A stretch of 64,000 nucleotides of DNA from Eledone cirrhosa. Its lineage: Eukaryota. The notes beneath the pieces are model-generated. The model did no database searches. It was not told the DNA's origin and was given only the letters and a program-made list of their open reading frames with translations. The translations under genes were made by a program, and so were the position numbers. Below are positions 12,749-26,446 of the stretch, piece by piece. Every line of letters starts with the position of its first letter. Within the stretch, counting starts at the first letter, position 1. Location: the NCBI GenBank assembly GCA_964016885.1, contig OZ024762.1, positions 1,612,001-1,676,000 on the forward strand. The letters are read 5' to 3'.

Positions 12749-13402
12749 GTATATATGCATATATATATATATATGTATATATATATACATACATACATAT
12801 ATATGTATATATATATATATACATACATATATATGCATATATATATATACATACATATATATGCATATATATATATATATATATATATACATACATATAT
12901 ATGCATATATATATATATGTATATATGCATATATATATATATGGTGGCTGCCAACTCGTTTTCTAGTACGGCCACTACTTTATATCCATGTAGGAGAACC
13001 CCTACCGATGCGCTGAACGAGTGTGACTTTTTAGTCCAGCCAGTGACTTAAAAACTCTGGTACAAACACTACACTTGTGACAATTATTGACACATAGTGC
13101 TGGGCCCATGGTACCATGTGATGACAAGTGCAGAGAGATCTCCAGATATAAAGCAATGCCTGTGCCGTGAAGCTTTTATAGTGAGCAAAGGCACTGCACA
13201 AAGCCAGTCCCACTCTCTTAACCAAGATGATATTTACCAAAAAGAAGAACAAGTCAACATCATTGGATACCATCAGGGTTGCAGGTGTTATATCAGAGTT
13301 TTCCTTCTCCTAGAATTCTGCCTTGACAAAGGCTAAGGGGTCATCTCTCCCGGTGATTTTGGATGGCCATTGACTCTTAAGAGCCCCTTTGCCCTTTGAA
13401 TG

Positions 13403-13444
<42 letters not shown>

Positions 13445-13597
13445 CATATATATATGCATATATATATATATATACATATATATTATATACATACATATAT
13501 ATATATATACATACATTCAACTTGACTTCTTATGGAACAAACCCGTCTGACCCATGCCAGCATAGAAGATAGACGTTGATGATATATATATATATAT

Positions 13598-14286
13598 GGA
13601 GGCACATGGTTAGAACATTGGCCTTGCAATCGAAATGTTGTGAGTTCAATTCTCAGACCGGGTGATGTGTTGTTTCCTTGAGCAAGACACTTTATTTCAC
13701 ATTGCTCCAGTTTACTCAGCTGTAGAAATGAGATGATAGGGACTGGGGTCCATATCATTCCACTGCAAAGTGGTCGTGGAGGTGCCACGGCAAAAAAGCA
13801 CCCAGCCCACACTGCAAAGTGGACGTGTAGGTGCCACGGCAAAACAGCACCCAGCACTCACTGTAAAGTGATAGTGGAGGTGCCACGGAAAAACAGCACC
13901 CAGCACTCACTGTAAAGTGATAGTGGAGGTGCCACGGAAAAACAGCACCCAGCACTCACTGTAAAGTGATAGTGGAGGTGCCACGGAAAAACAGCACCCA
14001 GCACTCACTGTAAAGTGATAGTGGAGGAGCCACGGAAAAACAGCACTCAGCTCACACTGTAATGTGGTTGTGGAGGTGCCACGGCAAAAAAAACCCAGCC
14101 CACACTGTAAATGAGGTTGGTGTTAGGAAGGGCATCCAGCTGTAGAAATCAAACCAGAATCAGTTCCCGTATGAGCAAGAGAAGGTCAGTCAACCGGACA
14201 CTGCCCATGACAGGACAACCCGTCTAACCCATGCTAGCATTGAAGAGCAGATGTAAAACGGTGATGATGATGATGATTATGATGAT
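13598..14286 (+). mobile_element. tRNA-derived SINE (family S1) with an internal 49-bp tandem expansion and an RTE-type (GAT)n tail
   Basis: Head ggaggcacatgg..ttaga..attgg...gtgagttcaattctc (A/B-box like), central ccttgagcaagacactttatttcac, about 7 copies of ggaggtgccacggaaaaacagcacccagcactcactgtaaagtgatagt, and a tail shared with the LINE at 27400-27568. Confidence 0.85.
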
Positions 14287-14810
14287 ATATATATATATTG
14301 TGCTGCACTGTGTCGTTTGATAATGCAGGTTTCTAGCTAAGCTCATTTTAACATCCTATTTTCACACACTCACATATATAGCATCATCATCATCATCGTT
14401 TAACGTCTATCTGCCACGCTAGCATGGGTTAGACGGGAGTTGTCCCATTTGAGGCAAGATTGGTCAGGTGACGGTGTCTTGCTCATATAGGACTATCTGG
14501 CAGGTTTTCTTGGGCTGGATGCCTTTCCTAACACCAACCACATTTACAGTGTGGACTGGCCACTATTTTTTTGTGGCTCCAGGATGACTATTTTTCCCTG
14601 CTTGCATGGGTCAGACAGGTTGTCCTCATCAAGAGACAAGTCTGGTCAGGCTTGACTGCATCATACCTTGCTCCGACAGGACTGTTTTTACAGCTGGGTG
14701 CCTTTCCTACACCAATCACATTTATAGTGATTATATATATATATACATATATATATATAAATATTTTATATATATATACATACATATCTATATATACATA
14801 TATATATATA

Positions 14811-14884
<74 letters not shown>

Positions 14885-15310
14885 TCCTCTTTCTTTTATG
14901 GCACAACACAGACAATAATGTGTATATTTACATGTCTATATGTATGTGTGTATTACATCACTCACTTATGTGTATTACATCACTCACCTATGTGTATTAC
15001 ATCACACTTATTTCTAACATATGGTTTGAGAAATACAAAGTTTATTACCAGTATGTTTAATGGGTGTGTAGTATTACATCTACAGCTTTGTATATATATA
15101 TATGTGTGTGTAACTGTAAAGTGTATAATACATGGGTGAGGCCGATATATATATCTATAATATATAAGATATATATAATATACACATATATGTAATATAT
15201 GTGTATATTTGCAAGAGATGTCAACATGAATGGACCTGTTATTTTTATCTAAAGACATTTTTTTCCTCTTCCAACCTGCCCGTCCCTTCAATCTATCATA
15301 TTTCTCATTC

Positions 15311-15440
15311 TCCCTTCTGATAAAGGACTAGCGTCCGAAACGTTAAGACCCTCTTCCTGCTATATCAAGCGTTAACCTAATATATCCCCTCCATATATTG
15401 TACTGAATGTGTTGTTATTTCTGTTTACCTTTTACATATA
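15311..15440 (+). mobile_element. PLE-like 3' end with a degenerate minimal hammerhead
   Basis: ccctt CTGATAA aggac-tagc-gtcc GAAAC GTT aag: G8 is mutated and stem III is palindromic. A second partial copy is at 43606-43710. Confidence 0.55.
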
Positions 15441-15598
15441 TATATATATGTGTGTGTACATAAAACATCCTGCCTTATACGGTTTGAATTAATAAAAAAA
15501 AACTAAAAAAGAAAAACAAAAAACCCAACAAAATATTTGTTTCCAAAACTTCAAGTTATCAACTAACCACAATATTGTACAGATATAAATATATATAC

Positions 15599-15650
15599 AT
15601 AGTCTATCAAAGTTCTTTCGTCACACATCTGCGACATCATCAGTAGTACT
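15599..15650 (-). ncRNA. Degenerate type I hammerhead ribozyme
   Basis: Minus strand: agtacta CTGATGA t gtcgca-gatg-tgtgac GAAAG aactttga tagact. Stems I and II pair, but the cleavage triplet is non-canonical. Confidence 0.5.
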
Positions 15651-15899
15651 ATTATGTTTCCTCCTGTTGTATTGTAATGTCTACGCCATTTTTATTTTAT
15701 TTATTTATTTATTCTTGTCTCTGTTTATGCATGCGTTTGCGTGTGTTTAATGTTTGTTGTGTGTGTTCGTGTTTGAGTGTATGTGTTTTTGTATTCTATC
15801 TTTGTTCACTAGTGTGTGTTTATGTGTGTTTGTTGTTATTGTAGTTGTGTATATATATATTTATTTATTTATTTGTATCTCCCTTAGGTCAGTACTGTT

Positions 15900-16452
15900 A
15901 GACTACCACTATTAGACACTGAACTCTGGTTAAACACTATAGACGAGAGGGCCCAAATTCTCCACTCACACTATGCTAAACCCATGGTCTCCAAATACCT
16001 GATACTCAAAAACTCAGCAATGTCCAGTAGTGCTAAGTTTAATATTCTGATCGCAGACTTGGTAAGAGTGATGAAGAATGTGTCCCGCATGTGCGACCCA
16101 ACAGAAATGGAAAGACACATCCAACACTTTATCAATCGCATGCAGTTCTCCAGCTACAACCAAAGAGACAGAATCAGAGTATACGACGGAGCCACGGAGA
16201 AGTATAAGTCCCTCATAGAAATGGACATGAAAGGAATTTGCCCATTAAACAGGAGCAAATCATGGAACAGTTTTGATAGGACTAAACATAAGATAGGGAA
16301 AGCCACTTCAAGGTACGACAACCAGAGAGTCATGTTCGTGGATGCTACCCCCTGGAGGGAAATTAGCTAACCAATGTAGAAAGGCCCTAAGAAAGACCCA
16401 TCTAAAGATTAAAGTTGTAGAAAAGCCAGGAACTACCATAAAATCCCTGATC
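15900..16452 (+). pseudogene. Penelope-like element reverse transcriptase C-terminal/linker fragment (frameshifted)
   Basis: RLPLLDTELW...HSHYAKPMVSKYLILKNSAMSSSAKFNIL...RMQFSSY...CPLNRSKSW...VMFVDATP, then after a frameshift GKLANQCRKALRKTHLKIKVVEKPGTTIKSL. These motifs are typical of PLE ORFs (Neptune-like). Confidence 0.75.
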
Positions 16453-16682
16453 AACCTTGTGTGAGGCCAGCTAAACCTACATAGGTGTGAGCTGTAACAA
16501 CTTGACCGGACTGGGGCTTTTGGCATTAAAACATCTGAGAAACCTCCTCTGAAATACAACCTTGTGGAGGTTAGCTAACCCTACATAGGTGTGAGTTGTA
16601 AGATGATAGGACTGGGGTCTCTATCATTAAGTGCCCAAGAAACCTCCTGAGATACACCTTTGTAAGAGTCCCACTAACTCTA
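16453..16682 (-). repeat. Two diverged units of the ~105-bp dispersed satellite
   Basis: gaggccagctaaacctacataggtgtgag...gataggactggggtc..tatcattaa is the reverse complement of the unit at 18476-19050. Confidence 0.75.
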
Positions 16683-17112
16683 CCTGTGTTGTTTGGTTAT
16701 CCTGAGATTTATATCAACCTAACTCATTCTTAAGATGGGATGACAATATTTAGATTACGTATCATTTGATTCAATTGATTTCAATCAATCAGCTAGATGG
16801 TAACTTTGTCACATGTCCTGCACTTGATGAGAGAAAGGTGACTACAACAACAACAGGCGTAACACCTGACTGATTACGATCTGATTGATTATATCAATTA
16901 GAATCACTGGCATTGATTGTCAACCTGTTTAGCTTAAGGAAGGCCACGTACCTACACATACACACACACACACGCATATATATATATATGTTTATCCCAG
17001 GTTCAATCGGGGGTAACCACAGTAAGTAAAGTACTCAATACAAAGCAGAGAATAAATATTTCTATATACTAGAACTGTTTCATTCGGTAGATATATATAT
17101 ATGCATATATTT

Positions 17113-17146
<34 letters not shown>

Positions 17147-17240
17147 TTATATGTGTATATATATGTATATATTTATATGTATGTGTATATATGTATGTAT
17201 ATTTATGTGTATATTTATGTATATATTTATGTGTATATAT

Positions 17241-17585
17241 ATCATCATCATCATCATTTCATTTTACGTCCACATTTCCCTGCTTGCAAGGGTGGGACGG
17301 GAACTGATTCTGGCTTGATTTCTACAGCTGGATGCCCTTCCTAACACCAACCTCATTTACAGTGAGTGATGGGTGCTTTTTTTGCCGTGGCACCTCCACG
17401 ACCACTTTACAGTGGAATGATATGGACCCCAGTCCCTATCATCTCATTTCTACAGCTGAGTAAACTGGAGCAAAGTGAAATAAAGTGTCTTGCTCAAGGA
17501 AACAACACATCACCCGGTCTGAGAATTGAACTCACAACCTTTCGATTGCAAGCCCAATGCTCTAACCACTAAGCCATGTGCCTCC
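17241..17585 (-). mobile_element. Full-length tRNA-derived SINE (family S1)
   Basis: Reverse complement of 33570-33918, with a (TCA)n tail at the left and (TA)-rich flanks. Confidence 0.88.
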
Positions 17586-18475
17586 ATATGTATATATTTA
17601 TGTGTATATATATGTATATATTTATGTGTATATATATGTATATATTTATGTGTATATATATGTATATATTTATGTGTATATATATGCATATATAGGGTAC
17701 CAAAGTAGAAAGAATGCCGGTCATATCCAGGATTTCCTTTGACAGACAGTTGTTACTGCAGAGATGCTCTGAAGAGGACAGCACTTCCTCCCCACATTCA
17801 CTCTAATGTGTGTGTTGGTGTGTGTGTGTGATGGTGTGTGTGTGATGGTATTTATCTGTGTGTAGGTGTGTGTATGGTGGTGTTTTTGTGTGTGTCGGTG
17901 TGTTGGTGTGTGTGTATGATGGTGTTTGTGTTGATGTGTGTGTGTGTTGTTTTGTTGGTGTGTGTGTTGGTGTTTGTATGATGGTGTGTGTGTTGGTGTG
18001 TGTGTGTGTTGTTTTGTTTGTGTGTGTGTTGGTGTTTGTATGATGGTGTGTGTGTTGGTGTGTGTGTGTGTGTTACTGCATACAGACACATACACATACG
18101 CGCACATACATAGACACATACGCGCACATACATAGACACATACAAACATACATGATACAGACATACCTACATACCTACACACACGTGTGTATGTATGTCT
18201 GTGAAGGGGTGGGGAGGGGTCTAGACCTGGCTGCAGGAAGTATCCAGCAACGGGTGACATGTCTCAAGAGTTGGAAGGAGAAAATTGGTCACATATTTCT
18301 TGGGTGTGTGCACTTGATGTAATAAACTCTCAATTGTGGAATGTTCTTCCATTGGTTTCAGCAGGAAGTATTTCCAGTTGTTCAATCATCGGAACAGCCT
18401 ACTCATAAAATTAATGTGCAATTAATGTGTATTGAACATTCCACAGAGGACCGCAGTCTTAATGTAACATCTTAT

Positions 18476-19050
18476 AGGTTTCTTGGGTGTTTTAATGATA
18501 GGGACCCCAGTCCTATCATGTTGTTGTTATATCTCACACTTATGTAGGTTTAGCTGGCCTCCTACAAGGTTGTATCTCATAGGAGTTTTGTTGGGTGTTT
18601 TAATGATAGGGACCCCAGTCCTATCATGTTGTTACAGCTCACACCTATGTAGGTTTAGCTGGTCTCCTATGTGATTGTATCTCATAGAGGGTTTCTTGGG
18701 TGTTTTAATGATAGGGACCCCAGTCCTATCATGTTGTTGTTATATCTCACACTTATGTAGGTTTAGCTGGCCTCCTACAAGGTTGTATCTCATAGGAGTT
18801 TTGTTGGGTGTTTTAATGATAGGGACCCCAGTCCTATCATGTTGTTACAGCTCACACCTATGTAGGTTTAGCTGGTCTCCTATGTGATTATATCTCATAG
18901 AGGGTTTCTTGGGTGTTTTAATGATAGGGACCCCAGTCCTATCATGTTGTTACAGCTCACACCTATGTCGGTTTAGCTGGTCTCCTATGTGATTGTATCT
19001 CATAGAGAGTTTCTTGGGATTTTTAATGATAGGGACCCCAGCTCACACCT
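18476..19050 (+). repeat. 105/108-bp tandem repeat with 213-bp higher-order alternation
   Basis: The ttggg(t/a) anchor recurs at 18483, 18591, 18696, 18804, 18909 and 19014. Confidence 0.9.
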
Positions 19051-19151
19051 TACTCGGTTAGTTTAATGACCAGCTGGTTGTTTAATTGTTGTCAAAGGTC
19101 TTTCACCGCACATTCTGTGACCTCCTCATATATAAATATATATTACAGTTA

Positions 19152-19224
19152 AGCTTTTACCATTTGTTTTTATTTAACTATTAAGTTAAATAATGGTTTC
19201 ACTGGTCTTAACCAGTGACATCTC
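19152..19224 (-). ncRNA. Truncated hammerhead (stem II, GAAA, long stem III, GUA)
   Basis: Minus strand: gatgtc actggt-taag-accagt GAAAccatt...aatgGTA aaagc. The CUGA half is lost at the (CA)n junction. Confidence 0.45.
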
Positions 19225-19427
19225 ACACATGTACACACACACTCACATATATATACACATATGCGCATATATATATATATACACATATGCGCATATATAT
19301 ATATATATATATATAGTTTCCATTTGTTAATATATTGTATATTTACTCCAATAATTTGTTGAGTGCTTTATATCAGTTATAAAAATATTTTAGCTTGTTG
19401 TATCCCAACAAATTAAATATAACCTCT

Positions 19428-19477
<50 letters not shown>

Positions 19478-20060
19478 TGTGTATATATATATGTATATAT
19501 ATATGTATATATATGAGAGAGATTTAAGAATGTAGATTGTTAGAAGAAACGTGACAGTTTCTTAGTTTTAATGGTGGTTGCTTTCTAAAGTCCTCCATAA
19601 ACACATATATACAGACACATACGTACACACACATATGTACATACACATACACACATACAGACATACAGACATACACATACATACAGATACATACACACAT
19701 ATGTACATAGATACATACATACAGACAGACAGGGACATAGAGAGACGTACATATACATACATACATACAGATACATACACACATACATATAGGGACATAC
19801 ACACATACATATAGGGACATACACACATACATATAGGGACATACATAGAGACATATAGGGACATACATAGAGACGTACATACAGACACACAGCAAGTTGC
19901 TGTTGTTGCTCTCTTCCACTATCTTTCTCTCTCTCTCTCACCCTCTCTCTCTCTCTCACCCTCTCTCTCTCTCACCCTCTCTCTCTCTCACCCTCTCTCT
20001 CTCTCACCCTTCCACTGCAGCAGCTGCTGCTGTTTCTGCAGCGAGCCACCTTCAGTATTA

Positions 20061-22867
20061 TCACCACCACTACACCACCACCATCACCACCACTACATCA
20101 CCACCTACACCACCACCATCACTACACCACCACCATCACTACCACCATCACCACTACACCACCACCATCACTACGTCACCACCACCACTACCACTACCAC
20201 CACCAACACCACCACCACCACCACCACCACACCACCACCATCACCACACCACCACCACCACCATCACCACCACCACCTCCATCATCACCACCACCACCTC
20301 CATCATCACCACCACCACCACCACCACCACCACCACCACCACCACCACCACCACTACCACTACACCGCCACCACCACCATCACTACATCACCACCACCAC
20401 CACCACCACCACTACCACTACACCACCACCACCACCATCACTACATCACCAACACCACCACCACTACCACCACCACCACCACCACCACCATCACCACACC
20501 ACCACCACCAACAACACCACCACCACCACCACTACGTCACCACCACCACTACCACTACCACCATCGCCACCACCACCACCTCCATCATCACCACCACCAC
20601 CACCACCTCCATCATCACCACTACCACCACCAACACCACCACCACCACTACCACCACACCACCACCACCACCACCACCACACCACCACCACACCACCACA
20701 CCACCACCAACACCACCACCACCACCACACCACCACCACACCACCACACCACCACCACACCACCACACCACCACCACACCACCACCACCACCACACCACC
20801 ACCACCAACACCACACCACCACACCACCACCAACACCACCACACCACCACCACCACCACCACCACCACCACCACCACCACCACCACCACCACCACACCAC
20901 CACACCACCACCAACACCACCACTACCACCACACCACCACCACCACACCACCACACCACCACCACCACCACCACCACACCACCACCACACCACCACACCA
21001 CCACCAACACCACCACCACCACCACACCACCACCACACCACCACCACACCACCACACCACCACCACACCACCACACCACCACCACACCACCACCACCACC
21101 ACACCACCACCACCAACACCACACCACCACACCACCACCAACACCACCACACCACCACCACACCACCACCACCACCACCAACACCACCACCACCACCACA
21201 CCACCACCACCACACCACCACCACCACCACCACCACACCACCACCACACCACCACACCACCACCAACACCACCACCACCACCACACCACCACCACACCAC
21301 CACCACACCACCACACCACCACCACACCACCACACCACCACCACACCACCACCACCACCACACCACCACCACCAACACCACACCACCACACCACCACACC
21401 ACCACCACACCACCACACCACCACCACACCACCACCACACCACCACCACACCACCACACCACCACCACACCACCACACCACCACCACACCACCACCACCA
21501 CCACACCACCACCACCAACACCACACCACCACACCACCACACCACCACCACACCACCACACCACCACCACACCACCACCACCACCACACCACCACCACCA
21601 CCACCACCACACCACCACACCACCACCAACACCACCACACCACCACCACACCACCACCACCACCACCAACACCACCACCACCACCACACCACCACCACCA
21701 ACACCACCACCACCACCACCACACCACCACCACACCACCACCACCACCACCACCACCACACCACCACCACACCACCACACCACCACCAACACCACCACCA
21801 CCACCACACCACCACCACACCACCACCACACCACCACACCACCACCACACCACCACACCACCACCACACCACCACCACCACCACACCACCACCACCAACA
21901 CCACACCACCACACCACCACACCACCACCACACCACCACACCACCACCACACCACCACCACCACCACCAACACCACCACCACCACCACACCACCACCACC
22001 ACCACCACCACCACACCACCACCACCACCACCACCACACCACCACCACCACCACACCACCACCACCACCACCACCACACCACCACCACCACCACCACCAC
22101 ACCACCACCACACCACCACCACCACCACCACCACCACACCACCACCACACCACCACACCACCACCAACACCACCACCACCACCACACCACCACCACACCA
22201 CCACCACACCACCACACCACCACCACACCACCACACCACCACCACACCACCACCACCACCACACCACCACCACCAACACCACACCACCACACCACCACAC
22301 CACCACCACACCACCACACCACCACCACACCACCACCACCACCACCAACACCACCACCACCACCACACCACCACCACCACCACCACCACCACACCACCAC
22401 CACCACCACCACCACACCACCACCACCACCACACCACCACCACCACCACCACCACACCACCACCACCACCACCACCACACCACCACCACCACCACACCAC
22501 CACACCACCACACCACCACCACCACCACCACACCACCACACCACCACCAACACCACCACACCACCACCACCACCACCAACACCACCACCACCACCACCAC
22601 CACCACCACCACCACCACCAACACCACCATCACCACCACCACCACCACCACCACACCACCACCACCACCACCACCACCACACCACCACCACCAACACCAC
22701 CACACCACCACCACCACCACACCACCACCACCACCACCACCACCACCACCACCACCACCACCACCACCACCACCAACACCACCACCACCACCACCACCAC
22801 CACCACCACCAACACCACCACCACCACCACCACCACCACCACCACCACCAACACCACCACCACCACC
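20061..22867. repeat. 2.8-kb (CAC/CACCA)n microsatellite
   Basis: Almost pure C/A composition; accounts for the 998-aa and other long ORFs here. Confidence 0.95.
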
Positions 22868-22996
22868 AAACAATCTGCTGCAGAACCATGTAAACATCTC
22901 TTATGACGATCTATCTCTAGTTTTTATATCATCCAACCCATCCATGCCCACCCAGCCATTCCTCTTCTACTTCACTCTCTCTCTTCTCTAACCCCT

Positions 22997-24345
22997 ATAT
23001 GTATGTGTGTGTGTATATATGTATGTGTATCTGTGTGTATATGTATGTGTGTGTGTGTATATATGTATGTGTATCTGTGTGTATATGTATGTGTGTGTGT
23101 GTATATATGTATGTGTATCTGTGTATATGTATGTGTGTGTGTGTATATGTATGTGTGTGTGTGTATATATATGTACATATGTATGTGTGTGTATATATGT
23201 ATGTGTATCTATGTGTGTATATGTATGTATGTGTGTATATATTTATGTATGTGTGTGTGTATATGTATGTGTATGTATGTGTGTATATGTATATGTATGT
23301 ATGTGTGTATATGTATGTGTATGTATGTGTGTATATGCATATGTATGTATGTGTGTATATGTATGTGTATGTATGTGTGTATATGTATGTATGTGTATAT
23401 GTATGTATGTGTGTATGTGTATATGTATGTATGTGTGTGTGTATATGTATGTATGTGTGTATATGTATATGTATGTATGTGTGTATGTGTATATGTATGT
23501 ATGTATGTATGTGTGTATGTGTATGTGTATGTATGTGTGTATGTGTATATGTATGTATGTGTGTATATGTATGTGTATGTATGTGTGTATGTGTATATGT
23601 ATGTATGTGTGTATATGTATGTGTATGTATGTGTGTATGTGTATGTGTATGTATGTGTGTATGTGTATGTGAAATCCTTCCATCCTAATATAAAATTAAG
23701 ATATAATATATATTAAGATGGAAGGATTTCACACACACATGCTTACACATACACACACATGCTTACATACACACACACATGCTTACATACACATACATGC
23801 TTACATACACATACATGTTTACATACACATACACACACATGCTTACACACACATGTTTACAAACACATACACACACATGCTTACACACACATGTTTACAT
23901 ACACATACACACATGCTTACACACACATGTTTACATACACATACACACACATGCTTACACACACATGTTTACATACACATACACACACATGTTTACATAC
24001 ACACACACATGCTTACATACACACACACATGCTTACATACACATACATGCTTACATACACATACACACATGCTTACGCACACATGTTTACATACACATAC
24101 ACACACATGTTTACATACACACACACATGCTTACACACACGTTTACATACACACACACATGCTTACATACACACACACACATGCTTACACACACATGTTT
24201 ACACACTACATACACACACACACATGCTTACATACACATACATGCTTACATACACATACACACACATGCTTATACACACACACATGCTTACATACACATA
24301 CATGCTTACATACACACACACACACATGCTTACACACACATGCTT
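22997..24345. repeat. (TG/TATG)n tract and (CA/CATGCTTA)n tract flanking a central inverted repeat
   Basis: gtgaaatccttccatcctaatata (23669-23692) and tatattaagatggaaggatttcac (23709-23732). Confidence 0.85.
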
Positions 24346-24509
24346 ACCCGCACTCACCTGACCACATAAATACACCTTCACACACGTACACTCAGCTGTT
24401 GATCACCTCTACCTGCATCTGTCATCCAAGACATTTCTAATAAACACACACGTACATGCACACAACATACAGTTGCACATACATACAGACTGTTTCACAT
24501 ACACACACA

Positions 24510-25088
24510 CACACAGTAGCACATACATACACACACACTCAGTAGCTCATACACACACACTCACAGTAGCACATACATACACACACACTCAGTAGCTCAT
24601 ACACACACACTCACAGTAGCTCATACATACACACTCACAGTAGCACATACACTCACAGTAACACATACATACACACACTCAGTAGCACATACACACACAC
24701 TCACAGTAGCTCATACACACACTCACAGTAGCACATACACACACACTCACAGTAGCACATACATACACACAGTAGCTCATACACACACACTCACAGTAGC
24801 TCATACACACACACTCACAGTAGCTCATACACACACACTCACAGTAGCTCATACACACACACTCACAGTAGCACATACACACACACTCACAGTAGCACAT
24901 ACATACACACTCACAGTAGCTCATACACACACACATACATACACACTCACAGTAGCACATACACACACACACACATACACACTCACAGTAGCTCATACAC
25001 ACACACATACATACACACTCACAGTAGCACATACACACACACACACATACACACTCACAGTAGCACATACACACACACACCACACAGT
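24510..25088. repeat. CA-derived minisatellite (ctcacagtagc(a/t)catacacacaca)n
   Basis: Direct inspection. Confidence 0.9.
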
Positions 25089-25679
25089 AAACCCTGGTGA
25101 TGTGGTGAATGTTTTAATGAGTCATTTTAAAAAAGGGGGCAATCCCTGCTCCTTATTTCCTGCTCATTAACCCCCACCCTCCCCCAGTAGCCTCTATTCA
25201 AAACATCAGAACACTCTTCAAAGAGAAGCAACATTTTACGTGGTTACTCGACCTGCTAGAAATAGAGGTCAAAACCTTCCCTCAAATAACAACAGTTCCT
25301 AATTTAGCCATTTAATTCACAAGGTGAGGTTACACCAATCCCCAGTACTTGACTGGTACTTTATTTTATTGACCCTGAAAGGATGAAAGGCAAAGTTGAC
25401 CCCCCCCCCCCCTCCCAACAGACCATGTCTTGCTCATACAGAACTGATATGTATGTATAAATATATATACATCCTCATCTTTTAACGTCTATCTTCCACG
25501 CTAGCATGGGTTTAGACGGGAGTTGTCCCATTTGAGGCAAGGTTGGTTGGGTGACTGTGTCTTGCTCATATAGGACTATCTGGCAGGTTTTCTACGGCTG
25601 GGTGCCCTTCCTAACACCAACCACATTTACAGTGTGGACTGGGAGCCTTTTTACCGTGTTACCTACATGACCACTTTAG

Positions 25680-25749
<70 letters not shown>

Positions 25750-26005
25750 CAAAGTGGAGATGTTACATAAGAGATTTATTGCTCAATCCTGGTTACAAAT
25801 GTTTCCCCAGCAGCTGGCTGGTGATCTGGGTTGGCACTCTAGACCAGACTCCAAGTCTGCCTGATCGTCAGACCAGTGTTAACCCAACAAAAATCACATC
25901 AAATCTGTGGATGACCCAGCAAAACCACAGATTACGAGCCAGCTGCCTGGGAAACATTTGTAACCAGGATTAAGCAATAAATCTCCTACGTAACATCTCC
26001 ACTTT
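25750..26005. mobile_element. Fold-back PLE-like element with ~80-bp inverted arms
   Basis: aaagtggagatgttac...ttacaaatgtttccc versus gggaaacatttgtaa...gtaacatctccacttt; AATAAA downstream of the ribozyme; set in (TA)n. Confidence 0.7.
25789..25876 (-). ncRNA. Type I hammerhead ribozyme with extended stem II
   Basis: Minus strand: ctggt CTGACGA tcaggcag...(about 57 nt)...ctgctggg GAAAC attt GTA accag. Stem I is a perfect 5-bp helix. Confidence 0.7.
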
Positions 26006-26154
26006 TTGAACTTTCTGCATATATATATATGTGTGTGTATATATATATATATGTGTGAATGAAGTAATTCCGTCGGAAAAGTCCAGGAAAAAAGAGTGCT
26101 CTATGTAGGTAACAGAGCTTAATAGTTATGTAATAAACAACATAATGCAATTAT

Positions 26155-26212
26155 TCCATTTACCAGTGGTTTCTTAAAAGCAAAAAATGTTGCTTTCAAT
26201 CTTCAGAATGAA
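26155..26212 (-). ncRNA. Type I hammerhead ribozyme (left arm of palindrome)
   Basis: Minus strand: ttcatt CTGAAGA ttgaaagcaa-catttt-ttgcttttaa GAAAC cactg GTA aatgga. Confidence 0.8.
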
Positions 26213-26235
26213 AAATTCCTGGTCTCCAGGATTTT

Positions 26236-26293
26236 TTCATTCTGAGGATTGAAAGCAAAATTTTTTGCTTTTAAGAAACCACTGGTAAATGGA
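26236..26293 (+). ncRNA. Type I hammerhead ribozyme (right arm of palindrome)
   Basis: ttcatt CTGAGGA ttgaaagcaaaa-tt-ttttgcttttaa GAAAC cactg GTA aatgga: complete core, three stems and a GUA triplet. Confidence 0.8.
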
Positions 26294-26387
26294 ATAATTG
26301 CATTATGTTGTTTATTACATAACTTATGTACGTGTGTGTATATATATATATATATATATACTCGCACACACATACATATATATATGT

Positions 26388-26419
<32 letters not shown>

Positions 26420-26446
26420 GTATGTATGTGAATTATCTATTGTATC

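Noticed and set aside
12943-13400. Unique-looking island within (TA)n containing gagttttccttctcctag
   Set aside because: Probably an old LINE 5'-region fragment, but I could not establish an ORF or ribozyme fold by eye.
19897-22893. 998-aa His/Thr/Pro-rich ORF and antisense Val/Trp/Gly ORFs
   Set aside because: Translation of a (CAC)n microsatellite that lacks stops in several frames; no domain or splice evidence.
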